Below are positions 37,738 to 50,659 of a stretch of 64,000 nt of DNA, in pieces; position 1 is the stretch's first letter, and each line of letters opens with the position of its first letter. The DNA is from Euprymna scolopes (taxonomy: Eukaryota), in assembly GCA_053919585.1 (NCBI GenBank), contig CM132786.1. One strand, 5' to 3'. The notes beneath the pieces were generated by a model. It ran no database searches and was not told where the DNA came from. It was given only the letters and a program-made list of their open reading frames with translations. Made by a program: the position numbers and the translations under genes.

Positions 37738-38295
37738 CTAGAAAAGAATGGGTTTCATTTCCAGAAGATGTCCCTTAATCCCGGCTTCAAACCAGACCCT
37801 TAATAGATCAAGAGGTGTCCTAAGGAGGTTAGTTGTACCTATAATTGCAGATGTATGATGGCCGCCTAAAACATCGGGGATGTGTAGTTTTTTCAATTGT
37901 CCTTCCGGATGACTTGATACTACTCCTAGTTTACCAACTATGACCAGGATTATTTGTGTTTTACCCCCGTGTATACGTCTTATCTTCCAAGGCCAATGGA
38001 GCATAATTGCTCCACCTCTCATTCTCATTCTCTTTCACATTACTTACCCAGGGTACTGAAATGTCTACAGTCTGCCATTGTTTGAGACCTTGTAAATAAC
38101 GACCAAATCCAGACAATAATGTTCCAATTGTTTCGTCTTTATTACACATTTGCCCAACCATACCTCAACTTGGGCATCCTCACTTGTTCTCACTTCATCA
38201 GAAACCCCCTCAAACTATTTCCCAGCACACTTTACCCCAACCCTCTTACACATCTCCCAATATATTCGGACCCATATGCGATCTTGTATTTTTCG

Positions 38296-38344
<49 letters not shown>

Positions 38345-41300
38345 GCCAGTCAATTACATCCTGTTGAAAGGTTAACAATTGACCCTGAGGTCCAAACACA
38401 CCTCCGGCATTCTGCAACAACTTTCTCTCTTAGAACAACGTTTATGAACAATCGTGTGCCTAATGCCTGCTCTTCTGCTGCACAAACAAAAGCTTCAGTA
38501 CAGTTAGCCAGATACCCAGCTCTAAGCCATTGCTACGATCTTTTATCAGCCAGGTCTGCTATATCCTGGAAGAACCTTAAATGCATTTTCTTCCTAGCTA
38601 GTTCCTCTGCCCTTTCTCTATCCATAAGTTTCACATACTCAGCCTTGGTTTCACATACCTCCACTTCAATTGGCCATAACCTTAACCATCCACTCCTCAC
38701 TTCTAACCACATGATTCTTTCAACGATATCTCCTCGGTTCTAACACACTCTTTTACACTTTTCAATCTCTCCCACCATCTTTCCTCTTTTTATACAACCT
38801 TGTTACGCTACTTCGAATTAGAAAGATACAAATATTCCTAAAACTTTCCTTGTTTTGATTGCATGTAACTTCTTGTAAGACTATTTTAAAATTCCCGCAT
38901 TGTATCTCAAAACACTGACTACCCATGCATTGACTGATTTCATTAGGTTTCCTCCATACCGTTTTGACTTTGAAAATAGTTTCACTCTTCTGAGGTACTC
39001 TTTCCTGGCTTTCTCCTTCATTTCTTTGTTCCTGATGGCTACACTCTCCAACTCTCCGAAATACTTATACCCGGTAGCTTCTTTTTTCATGAGTTCTCTA
39101 TTGAGCAGCACTGTTCCATACGAATGAAACTTTACTCTTCTTTTCATTACCAGCACCGCACATTTACTAATCCAAAACTCCATCTCAATGTCTTCTGAGT
39201 ATGTCCATACAAGTATATACCAGTCTCTCCACTTCCTGTTTATTTCTACGGAATATTTTCAAATCATCCACAAAGTGTAGATTGTTGAGGCGGCTGTCAC
39301 CACATTCAAACTTTTACCCCAGTTTTTCCCTCTTCAAGAGCAGGTTCAGTGGCATCATTATCATTACAAAAAGAAGTGGCGATACAAAATCTCCATGAAA
39401 TATTCTACGTTTAATGCTAACCTGCCTCATGTCCTTTCTGTTCGCTGTCAGCACCGTTGTCCATTGAGCCGTACTTGTCTGCAAAAGCCCTACCACATTC
39501 TCAACAACCTTCCTTATCAATAGTGTTTAACGTAACCATGAATGAGGAACGATGCCATATGTCTTTCTGTAATCGATGCAATCTACACACATGTTCTTCT
39601 TCTCCTTCTTCTTTGGATCCTGCATATATGATTTATCAATTAGAAGTTGCAGTTTGGCACATCTCGAGCCTTTCTAGCCCCCTTCTGTTCGTCCATTACT
39701 CTCAAGATATTCATCAATTCTCCGCAATAATTCCAGTCAACAGTTTCCACATCATTGCCAGACATGTAATTGGTATATAATTATTGGCACTGTTCCTTCC
39801 AGATGGCTCCTAACCAGTGTGGTTCTACCCTTCACAAGACAATCAGGGAAATCTCCCGACTCTACAACCCTTTTGAAGGGCAGCAACTATCAGTGAATAA
39901 ATGCATAAAACATATTAAATCAGAAGCCCATCACTCCATCTGGACCAGGTGCCTTCCAGTTTGTCATCCTTTCTATACCACCCTTAACGTCATCGATGGG
40001 TATCTCAATGTTCTACATCTGCTGCATTTCTGATACCCTCTTTCTGATATCTCCCAACCATCTAGCCTTCATATTATATCGCCTTTGGACAGACCAACTC
40101 CCATTCCAGAACTTCATGGATATTTTTCGCATTTGGAGTGTTGTTATTGCCCGCCTGTTTACTACCATTTAATTCTTTGTACAGCTGTGACTGATTGTTC
40201 CGGAAAAGGTTGTTCTTCCGTAATGCGACACGTTTTCTAAGTTCCGATTTTTCATACCACTAGGGTGGATCTCCTATGTCAACAATGTTAGCACGCTCTT
40301 GGTTCCCTTTACGAGCAATCTTTACCCCCTTCCAAGCTTTCCTTAGCTGTTTGTTCTAGTGTAACTCCTTTTCTTATTTCTTCGATTCTGTCTTTTCGCC
40401 ACCGTTTAATACTTTCGTAGCCTTCTATCCCTCGTTTCTCTCTATTTATTCTGTATTAAGCCAAACCGATACACAATAACGTATGACTCTGCACACACAA
40501 GCCTGTTGAGTTCCGTAATCGATATGTTCTTTCTTATGATGTTGTGAATTATTCATTGAACTATTTTTACCTCGAATTTCACCTTCTGCCTAGCACTACT
40601 CTTCATACTTGGAATCTCTATGATATAGACTCTAAGAATAAACTGTCATAACATCTGAAGTACTTTTTTCTACAGAAGTCAAAGTTCGAACTTCACCACC
40701 CCTTCCACGTACATCTGCTCCTTTTACTGGTGTCCTTGTCTCTCTGAGTTTGTGATCTTATCTGCCTTAGATTTATTAAACTTCGTCTCATCACTTCCCC
40801 TAAATATAGGATTTCATTCCTCCTCAGTAGTCCGCCTCCAATCATCGCTTACATTTCCCTTCTGCACTCCCCCTTTTTCAGTTCTTTCATCAGAACTACT
40901 TTTGTCAATTTTACTTTCGTTATTCATTTCATTCCTAACCATCCGTTACATCTCTTCCCTTGCAATAACAGAAAGTAGGTTTTTTCAAAAAAAATAATTT
41001 GATACCAAACTTGCGGCATTTCTAGCTCCTCCTCCTCTGGATTCCCATTCTTTCTTCACCTTTCGCTATATCCACGAGATTTGGTACTTCCACTTCTTAC
41101 AAAACATTCCCACGGTACTTTTCCTTACTCATCCGACCATGTTTTTTTGACATTTTCTCTTCCAACTACCTTCGTGTCTTGGAACACTCTCTGGCAAGTC
41201 TCACTTCCCCCATATCCAGCCCCATCCCCAAAATTTCGAATGGTTGTATGATAACGACAGGACCACGCCTGTTGACCAGTTGGACAACTACCGAGCGGAA

Positions 41301-41500
41301 TACCATCACAAGATGTGCCAGCCTTATTCACGCTGTTATTTTCAATATTTTGATTTGATATTCTCCCATAAATTGGATTAGTGAATTATAGGTTACACCA
41401 CCACCGATAATTTTATCGAGCCATCACCTATAGGAGGGTTCACCATCTATAGGAAGGTTCACACCAAGGTTAAAGATCCATGCCCGACCTTTCCTCTCCA
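37738..41500 (-). mobile_element. R4/Dong-clade non-LTR retrotransposon (RT plus restriction-like endonuclease), near full length, decayed
   Basis: IKRRIFHGDFVSPLLFVMIMMPL; MEFWISKCAVLVMKR; YKYFGELE..IRNKEMKEKARKEYLRRVK..GGNLMKSVNAWVVSVLRY; VDISVPW...; ILVIVGKLG..SAIIGTTNLLR. Confidence 0.88.
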
Positions 41501-41579
41501 CCAACACCATTATTACCATTACAACCACCAACAGCAATAGAAATAAAATCTACAATGATAATGGTAACACTAATATCGG

Positions 41580-41599
41580 AATAATAATAATAATAATAA

Positions 41600-41633
<34 letters not shown>
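41580..41633. repeat. (AAT)n microsatellite beside the 5' end of the R4/Dong element
   Basis: Direct reading. Confidence 0.95.
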
Positions 41634-41634
<1 letters not shown>

Positions 41635-42700
41635 GTGACAAGAACGTCAATGACAGCAAAAAAAAACTACAATTAGAGCAGAACAACTATAGAATGAGTA
41701 CAATTTTAGCAAGTACAACCTCAACTTTCTTTCTGGTCAAATACCATTACATTTTTAATGCTTTATTCATTCCACGATCAGCTCGATTATTGCCAGGTTG
41801 TTTGCCTCATCCGATAATAATCCGTCAATTTCTTAAGAAAATAGTGTAACCTTCCGTAATGTTCACGTGGTTTACATTAAACTTTCTGTTACAGGAACAC
41901 CGGCTTTCCTTTTCCATGTAAATAAGAAGAAATTTAGATTAATGAAAATAAGATAAGAATAAGCCGAAATTCGAACCTTGTAAGCAAGGTTAAGGAATAG
42001 AATGTTAAAAATCGCTATATTAAAAACCATATTATTAAATTCTATTAGAAATAGTTAGATATTGTTTATATCGTAAAAAAATTGGTTGGTCATTCTTTTA
42101 CAGAATTGAATATAAGATATGTCAGCTAAAAAGAATGCACAATACAAATTAAAAATGTATTGTAAAAAATATGTTAGGTTTAAAAAATAGGTTATTTGAC
42201 AATTCTTTGTTGTGAGAAGGGTTTTGGGAAAAACCTGTGCATAACCACGTGAATTGGCCACGTTTTGAAAACACACTTCCAACGTCATATAAAAAGGGGG
42301 ATTCTTTATATAGGAGCTAGAATTAGTCAGATCAGATCAGTAGTTCAGGCAGAATAGTTGAGTCTGATAGTCAGTCAGAGAGAGAGATAGAGGGAGTGAG
42401 GGAGGGAGGGAGTTGGAGTCAGAGTCCTTTGGAAGTGAAAGAAAGAACATTAAACTATGTAGATCCAAAATGTGAATTTCTGAAATCATCATCATTCAAC
42501 AACTCAAATAAAATAAAGAACCACTATCGATATTTGTAAATGTTTGTCTTCGTGTCGTCATTCCAGAAATTAAAAGTTAATGTGTTTATCATCTTATAAA
42601 TGCAGATTGTGTCACCCTTCCAAGAATATGTATCTTTCCTCTTCTCTATTTATGTTATGAGAACTATAAGAACTGTGCACCTATCAACCTAGCACCCTCA

Positions 42701-42762
<62 letters not shown>

Positions 42763-43039
42763 AGTCTCAAGCTCCCTCTGACCTTTAATATGTATAAATA
42801 TCTCCCTCTTCCTAATCAACGTCATATATGCCCCGTCTCTCGTCAATATGAACTCAGCGTCATCCTTGAAAATGAACACCTTTCAACCAAACATTTCGAT
42901 TTCGCCTATGATTCACAGTATATTTGGTTAAACTAAATGAGCATAAAATACCACAGTCCCTCATCCATAATTTTATACAGTGAATTAGGCAGACACCTCA
43001 CAAATTGAACTGCAGGTTATCACTTTATTCTATTTCAGA

Positions 43040-45050
43040 TGGTAAAGAAAAGATCCTCCTCTAGTACGTTGTACTCTGCTTATGAAGAACTGTGTTGCAT
43101 AGCGCTTTTAATTTTGTTTTAAAATAGATACTGATTCCTTCGGAAAATTTCGGCTGGTCCGCCAGACGCAACAGAGTTTTCCCTCGAAGACACCGGATAT
43201 AGGCACAGTTTAAAAGACATGACATCATCTATCCGAATATTTCAGCCTGAGAATCTACGAGAAACCTCCGTATCATATGGGCAAATGATACAATCTGCAG
43301 AACTTTTACGTTCCTGATCTATGCTAGTTTGTTTTACATATGATTTCCGTTCTGGAAACGAAATTCCCGCCAATTTTTAAAACCATGTCTATATAGATTT
43401 CACGCAAGGATTGTTTAGTTAAAACCAATGTTATACTGTCATTTTCTCGCAATTTTCAAAGATCTATCTCATGCCTTTCACACAGATTACAGAAATCTCC
43501 TTTTTCTTAATACTTGTTACGTGAATTATTTTTTGTTAAATCTTGCATGGACAGTGTAATAATAGTATAAAAAAGTAAATTACATGGCACAAACATTGCC
43601 ATGGCGTTCGAAAATACTAGTCCTTCGAGTAAACCTGACGTGACTTATTTTTTCTGGCTTATAATCAAGACAAGTCCAGTATTGGCTGTTGCATCGGATC
43701 ACGTGTACCCCAATGTGAAACTTTCTGTTAGTCAAACATTTCGTTTTTCAAAGCGTGCATTTAGTGGAAATATAGACAAGATGAATTACAAGCACTAAAT
43801 TGCATATATCGATACCTAATTAAGGCAGCTGAAACAAGTGTTCTTCCCCTACTGAGCACGTGTTGATAGTTTATTCATATTTGGATGTCCTGGCAAGTTT
43901 AGCTTTTTTTAAGTTTAGAAGTTGCGAATTATATTTCCAGCAAAAATACAATAGCTCAAGTTCCCTTAATTGGTACTGAAAAGTAAGTTTTCCCTTCAAA
44001 AACGTGGCAAGAATCAGACGTGTGATAAAGTGATCAACCAACACGTGGCGCCGACATTCTCCTTGCAGTGAATTTCTGCTCATATGTACCACGGCATGTT
44101 CATGATTTATTGTCTTTATGGTCTTCTTTACAATCAGTATCATAAATCAAAGTCCAATTTGCACCTAACATATTTATGAATGCATCGAATGTTCCAAGCA
44201 ACACTATTAAATCTCTTCACTTATTATCATGTGTAAAGGCGTTTTCGATTTAGATGCTTTCCAAAATAGCAGTCGGTAAACAAGTGTGATAGCTTGTATG
44301 TTGTGTGTTAACAATAGCCTCCATGGGTAATTTAGAGAAGAAAACGTGCATGTTTCTATAATCTGAGTCCATGTGAGTAATCGTGCGAAGGATTTTCCCG
44401 GACATTTTGAATCTGTATGCAGCAGGTGAATCATCCCTTGCAAACTAATCTACTCGTTAAAACTTCAAAGCTCTTTCATTAAGAATATGAAATTCATGAT
44501 AACAGAGATCAGGTGTGTATTCGTCCGACATAAATTCTATGCAATTGTTAACACGCTTTGGAAAGCGATACTTTATAAAGTCGAGCTTGGTCATTTCGTC
44601 GTTTTGTTGGCATTTGTTTGCGTAGTATACCATACGGTAAATGGTATTCTGTTGTGATGGCTGCTCTCACTCCCATCCCTTTCTTATTCATGCTATGTTA
44701 CGCCCGACGCTTTCTTCGAATTATTAGGGATTATTTACTAGAGATTACCTACACGCTTATACATTAGGAACAACTGAATCTCCTCCGTACATGTCAAACA
44801 TTTGTACTTCTGAATATAATGAAGTGCATCGCATGGTTTAAATACTACTAAGGAAGCAAAGTTGTGCGTTTCCACCAGAAAATTGAGCTCTATAGTGGGC
44901 ATAAAAGCTCTTGCGTGCACTGTCTGAAGAGCTGCTTGTCTGATGCCATCAAATTTTCTGGACGTCTCTTTTCCTAAAAACAATTCTTCCAACACGAACC
45001 CCATTTTTCGGATTTCCAAGTTTAAGATACTTATGCAACACATGATGCCA
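43040..45050 (-). pseudogene. Probable Academ-type large transposase fossil
   Basis: Ordered minus-strand motifs PDLCYH (~44500), KTPLHMIISEEI..FINMLG....YD (~44240-44135), FEGKTYF, YYTV, SVICVKG, IAR, DMVLKIGGNF (~43375) and RSG. These parallel the recalled DxxYH / KTPLH / DGKxT / VxCDEG / VLxLGxFH / GSG series. Confidence 0.5.
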
Positions 45051-45429
45051 GTTTATATGATTTATATTGCATTGGGTAGTTTTTCTTTAATTATAATGCA
45101 TTTTGTAGTTTTGTTTTTTTTTTTAATTATAATGCGTTCTGTAATGTTTCTGTGATTCTACACCGTCCTCTCAAAATCAAGTGTTACATTCATTAATAAT
45201 ATCAGTTTTTCTCTAAACGTCACCGTGATATTGACACCATTTCGACATAGAGCCACAGATACACAGTATAATATATTTACTTTGAAGCTTATCGGTGAGG
45301 TATTGATTATCATGCGCCGTGGCTTGTCTACGCCGCAAAAATCCAACGAGCCAACACTGCAGCTTTCGTAACTTTAAAAGTGATGACACAAAAAAGTACA
45401 AAATAGATATAAATAAAAAACATATTACA

Positions 45430-46424
45430 CCACAAAAAGCAATACTCATTGAAAAATACACTATTTAACAAATACTCCTGAACAATTGTTTTCCTAATTA
45501 ACTTGTTGATTCACAAATAAAATAAATTCTACAATACCTTGAACCCCTAATAATAGTATTAACCGACACTGCAATGTACATTCAATGAATATAGTTTAAC
45601 AAAATCCGATGACAATCGAAGAAAATGGAATTAAAAATATCGTCCATGGATACGTGACAGCTATTGACATTAAATAAAAAAATAAATGTACTATTTACTA
45701 CGAGAAATTTAGAACAAAAAACCTTGGGGTTAGATTAAACTCATCACCGGTTATAAATACGTTTAAATAAATCAATCTAGTGTATAAATTCATATGCTCT
45801 ACGGGGAATATACCTCCAGAAATAATAAATATATTGGGTATACAACAAGATAATACTAGTGCAATATATAGATATATGAAAACAGAACATAACTGCCCCC
45901 TCCGTTCTTAGAAAGATCCTCGTCCTCGTTGAAAACATAAAATTATACAGCATGGATATAACATAAAAAATTAAAAATTCTTGAATCGTCGTATATTAAA
46001 ATTTTTCACCTCATTATAATTGTTGTTGTATTCGAGAAAAGCCGTTGCGTTTTAAAATATCTTGACTAGTTCGCAGTTGACGTACTCTTTTTACAGTTTC
46101 CAAGAACTTGTTGATTTTAATGCTCTCATTTTTAATCGACCTATATATTTACTCGATTTTAATCGACTTTGTATATTATAACTTATCATCATCTCCGTTT
46201 ACGGCAGATTTTAGTTTTCACTTTTAATTTTATTTTCGCTCAATCGCACGTTTACTTCCACGACTGAAGATGCGTTGTGGACGAATCGAAAGCACTCAGG
46301 ACAACAAGAATTTGGGAAAATTTAATTTATATTTTGATCTAAAAAAAATATTATACGTAGAATAAACAATTAAAAAGAAATGAGACATGAAGAAACGTGT
46401 TCTCGTGGCATTTATAAACATATA

Positions 46425-46430
<6 letters not shown>
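45430..46430 (+). mobile_element. Penelope-like element 3' half (GIY-YIG plus pLTR)
   Basis: LVYKFICS...KYIGYTTR; LVENIKII...LKILESSYIK; pLTR hammerhead core at 46264. Related to the 33390 copy. Confidence 0.75.
46264..46298 (+). ncRNA. Degenerate minimal hammerhead core in a PLE pLTR
   Basis: CTGAAGA-tgcgttgtggacgaatc-GAAA-gcac-TC; stems are partly broken. Confidence 0.45.
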
Positions 46431-46492
<62 letters not shown>

Positions 46493-47149
46493 ATAATTTT
46501 TTACGTCTGAAAATATGCACTCACATGCAAATATATATATATATATATAAATATATATATATATATTTATATATATATATGTATATATATTGAGGTACAG
46601 AGAGATAGTAAGCTAGAGCAAGTTAGAGAGACAGAAAGTGGCAGATTTCTTAAATAGATATTTATATATTGAGAAATTCGTGTATGTATCTTATATCGAG
46701 TAATATATATTTAAAGGCAAATTGGCCCCAACCATAAATAACTTGTTTCTGTCAATATGTCTTACGCATATATCCAAAAAATATGTTTCTCTTTTTTAAG
46801 CTAAAAATTGAAAATATTTACATTGTTTAAACTTATAAACTGTTCTTTTTATTTTGTTAAAATTTAATAAAATTCAGTATATATTGTTAAGAAATATATG
46901 TTTTTAATTATTTGTTCTTAAAAGTATTCTGTTTATAGTGTTTTTCAGAATTCTGTTTACATTTTACATGGTGACGTACTAAGAGTTACACGACTTGAGT
47001 TCGTTTTAAGTGATAAAATTTCTGAGGGTATGTTATTGCCTAAACTCCAGTTTTGTCAACATTAATACGATACCCTGAAACGTACCCTGCCCGACTAATT
47101 TTAAGCACGGTCTGATCCACACCGCAACTTCAATCTTTTGTTGTTCGTT

Positions 47150-47525
47150 AATATATGCGCGTGAGAATCTTAACAGCGTTTTTCAAATGTACAGTTCGGC
47201 AAATTATTTTGTACACTTACACACCTTCTCACAAAATGGGGTGAGATTTCCGAAAGCCGTTCTTACTATAGTCGATTTGAGGTGTTCATTTTAAAAGCGG
47301 TTCTGAACTTCAGGAGGGTGATGACTTTGCTACAACAATAACAACAACAGAACCACCACCAACAGAACCACGAACAACTGCACCAGCAACAAATACAACA
47401 ACAACACCAGCAACAGAAACAATTACACAAACATCAACAACAATACATCATCATCAACAACAACAACAACAAACATACTTACACGGGGGAGACGTATGCA
47501 AGGAACAACACGTGTTGAAGGCTAG
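47150..47525 (+). mobile_element. Possible non-autonomous Helitron with an internal (CAA)n tract
   Basis: tttccgaaagccgttctta motif shared with the 24259 repeat, (CAA)n at 47332-47472, 3' CTAG|T at 47522-47526. Confidence 0.4.
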
Positions 47526-48266
47526 TATACCCTAATGTAGTTTTATACATTGATGCCAATATTTTTTTGTAATTTATGGTTTTATTAAAATCATAATTTT
47601 CTTTAATACAAAAAATTACCATTCCAATATCATTTATTCATTAAAAGTGTATAATTATGGGTAAATCACTATTATAAGATTTTCGTGTTTTGCGTAAAGA
47701 GTTTAAGAATAATACCTGAATCGAATCAATGAAGGAACACACCTATAATGTGTGTATTATAATAATGCATTTTGATATTAAGGAACTTTTAATATAGATT
47801 TCTTGCATCAGGTAACGTTTTTAGGAGAATTGATATACACGTATGTATAAAAGTGTTACTATAAATTATTGTATATTTTAACTGGAATATAAAACCAAAT
47901 TATATGCACATTCAAAAATACTATTTATTAAATACTCCTTTTTTCTGGTTTTGAGACACGTGGATTAAGTTGCTGTGGGAGCTATGTGAAGTTTCACTAA
48001 TACATCTATTTTACTATGGTAATATTTTTTAAAACGCGAAATAAAATAATAATCAAGAGACGATGGTTTTCGATCGTTGAAAAGTTCATATCCATAATTT
48101 TCTCACGCAACGGTAATATAGTTGTTAAAACCTTATGCACTTAAATGTATCAGAACTGCTTTTTTGCATATAAAAATATAGACATTTTTTTCATTGTGAA
48201 CGCTTTGACTTAACTATGTTTGACGCTGAACCTCCGTATAAACCACGGAAAACCTTCCCCTCTTAC

Positions 48267-48328
<62 letters not shown>

Positions 48329-48496
48329 ATATATAATTTAGGGTTTCCCATTTGGATTTTATTCAGACAAATATTAGTTTAAAAAATGTGTTTTACTTAA
48401 TACATGGTTGTTCGATGATAGCTCACATTACAAGAAAAGCCATTACCAAAATATTAATCCTGGTTTGATATAATTTGGTGATTAAACAGACACACA

Positions 48497-48565
<69 letters not shown>

Positions 48566-50440
48566 AGAGAGAGAGAAGATGTGTGTCTGTTTAATCACNN
48601 NNNNNNNNNNNNNNNNNNNNNNNNNNNNNNNNNNNNNNNNNNNNNNNNNNNNNNNNNNNNNNNNNNNNNNNNNNNNNNNNNNNNNNNNNNNNNNNNNNNN
48701 NNNNNNNNNNNNNNNNNNNNNNNNNNNNNNNNNNNATATCAAGTGTATTACAGAATAATATTTGGCTGGTAATTATATATAAAATTATTATTTCTTTCAA
48801 AAAATTATAGTACTGGAAACCGGCATATTCATTGATAAAGTATCTAATTCATCTCATTATTCAGGATATCAATGAAGCCTGTTTTCTTGGCCTTGATATA
48901 TCCCTCCTGAATATTCTTGACAAAATACACACATATGAAGACGTTTCTTATTAACATCAGCTTAATAATCTAATTGAATTTCTCACATAAAAAGCACATG
49001 GCAAATAAGCACTGAGATTTACACCTGACATACTCAATGGTATCTTGCAATGAATTCATACAGGAAAGAAAGGACAGTTCAAATAAAAAAACTGCTTAGT
49101 TTTAGGCCTGAAAACAACTTCAATCCGATTAAGTTAACACAAATCATTAAAAAAAAAAACTTTAATTTCCTCTCACACCTGCAAGGATTGATACTTCGCT
49201 GAAAACCGGCTTCTCGTTGAAAATCCGATTGAAAATATTATGTTTTAACCCCTATATACACGTTCCACTGAAATAAACACCTCTTTCTTGCTTTCTGTCA
49301 TTTATTTAAAAAAAAAGTCTTAGAATATAAAAATAAGATATTATAATTTTATTTTTCATTTAATTAGAAACTCCAATAAGTTGTATAATCTCATGCAAAA
49401 ATAGAACTGTCACTTAAAAAAACACACACATATTTGTATCTTTATTTAAATAAAATCTTAAAAATTGAAACTTTAACATTTAATTTTAATTTTGTAAACT
49501 AATTCATGGCAACTTAAACTAATTAGAATATTCATTTTGATTGGTTTTATTTTACTTAATAAAAAAGAACGTATTATTCTTTAATCTTTTATTACCAACA
49601 AATTGAAAAGAGTACTGTCTTTCATCTGGATCATATAACGAGCAAAATTTTATTTTACTTTTAACGATTAAATAATAAAATAATATGAAACCTAATATCA
49701 TTGTCATATCTATTTAAAAATTTATATTCTCTAAACATAACAACAATTGCACACATAGTCTATATCTTTTAAATTTTAAGTTTTAAGATATTTTTAACTA
49801 TGTTTTAAATAGTTAAATTGTATCAAACCAAGATTAATATTTTAGTAATGCCCTTTCTCTGAGGATATGAATCTATATCGAAAATATATGGATTAAGGAA
49901 ATTACTGCAAAGGTTACATTTTTGTTCTAACAATAACATTTACTCAATTGCATTTTTTAATGAAATTAAAAACTTTTTAATCCCCTGTGTTTTTTGGAGA
50001 AATTTTATTTAGTCGTTATTGTCTGTTATTACCTCCAAAAACATGGCATTACGTTGCTTTCTCGACAATAGTCGTGATGCCAATTTAAGAAATCAGCAGG
50101 GGTTTATCCTGAAACACTTATTCGGGGATAAAAAAAACAAACAAACAATATTTTAATTCATGGCCCACAGCTGTGTTGATGTAACCCCACCTACCCTAAT
50201 CAGAAAAAAAGATCCCAGCTATTGTATATCGTTATTACTTATGATTTATTTGGCGAACATATTTACGTTATAAAAAATCTCGTTTTTACCTGTAAGGTCC
50301 ATCCCTCCCTCAAAATTCATAATGCATATTTTGTTATTCAAATTTACTAGTTTTGTATTCATACGAAACTGATAAACTTTATATAATGCTCATAATACCC
50401 CACTATTATAAGTATTTTATATATTTCCATTCTTAATTAT

Positions 50441-50501
<61 letters not shown>

Positions 50502-50659
50502 TTTACCATATTTACCCGATCCCCATATTTCAGAACTAACTGGAATCAATCAGCCCTTAGAATCTTTCTCATACGTCTCATGGTTTTAAAATCATTAATG
50601 TTGGAAAAGGGAAAACACCTGCAACCGTAAATCTATACTTTTTTTGTGGGGGGCTAAAG

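Noticed and set aside
38150-38743. 197-aa plus-strand ORF
   Set aside because: Antisense to the R4 LINE and spans a (CT)n tract.
41960-41985. Minus-strand B-box-like GGTTCGAAT (also ~50915)
   Set aside because: No A-box or cloverleaf; cannot support a tRNA or SINE call.
42161-42610. Solo-LTR-like segment with TATA and AATAAA
   Set aside because: Boundaries and TSD cannot be fixed; the impression is compositional only.
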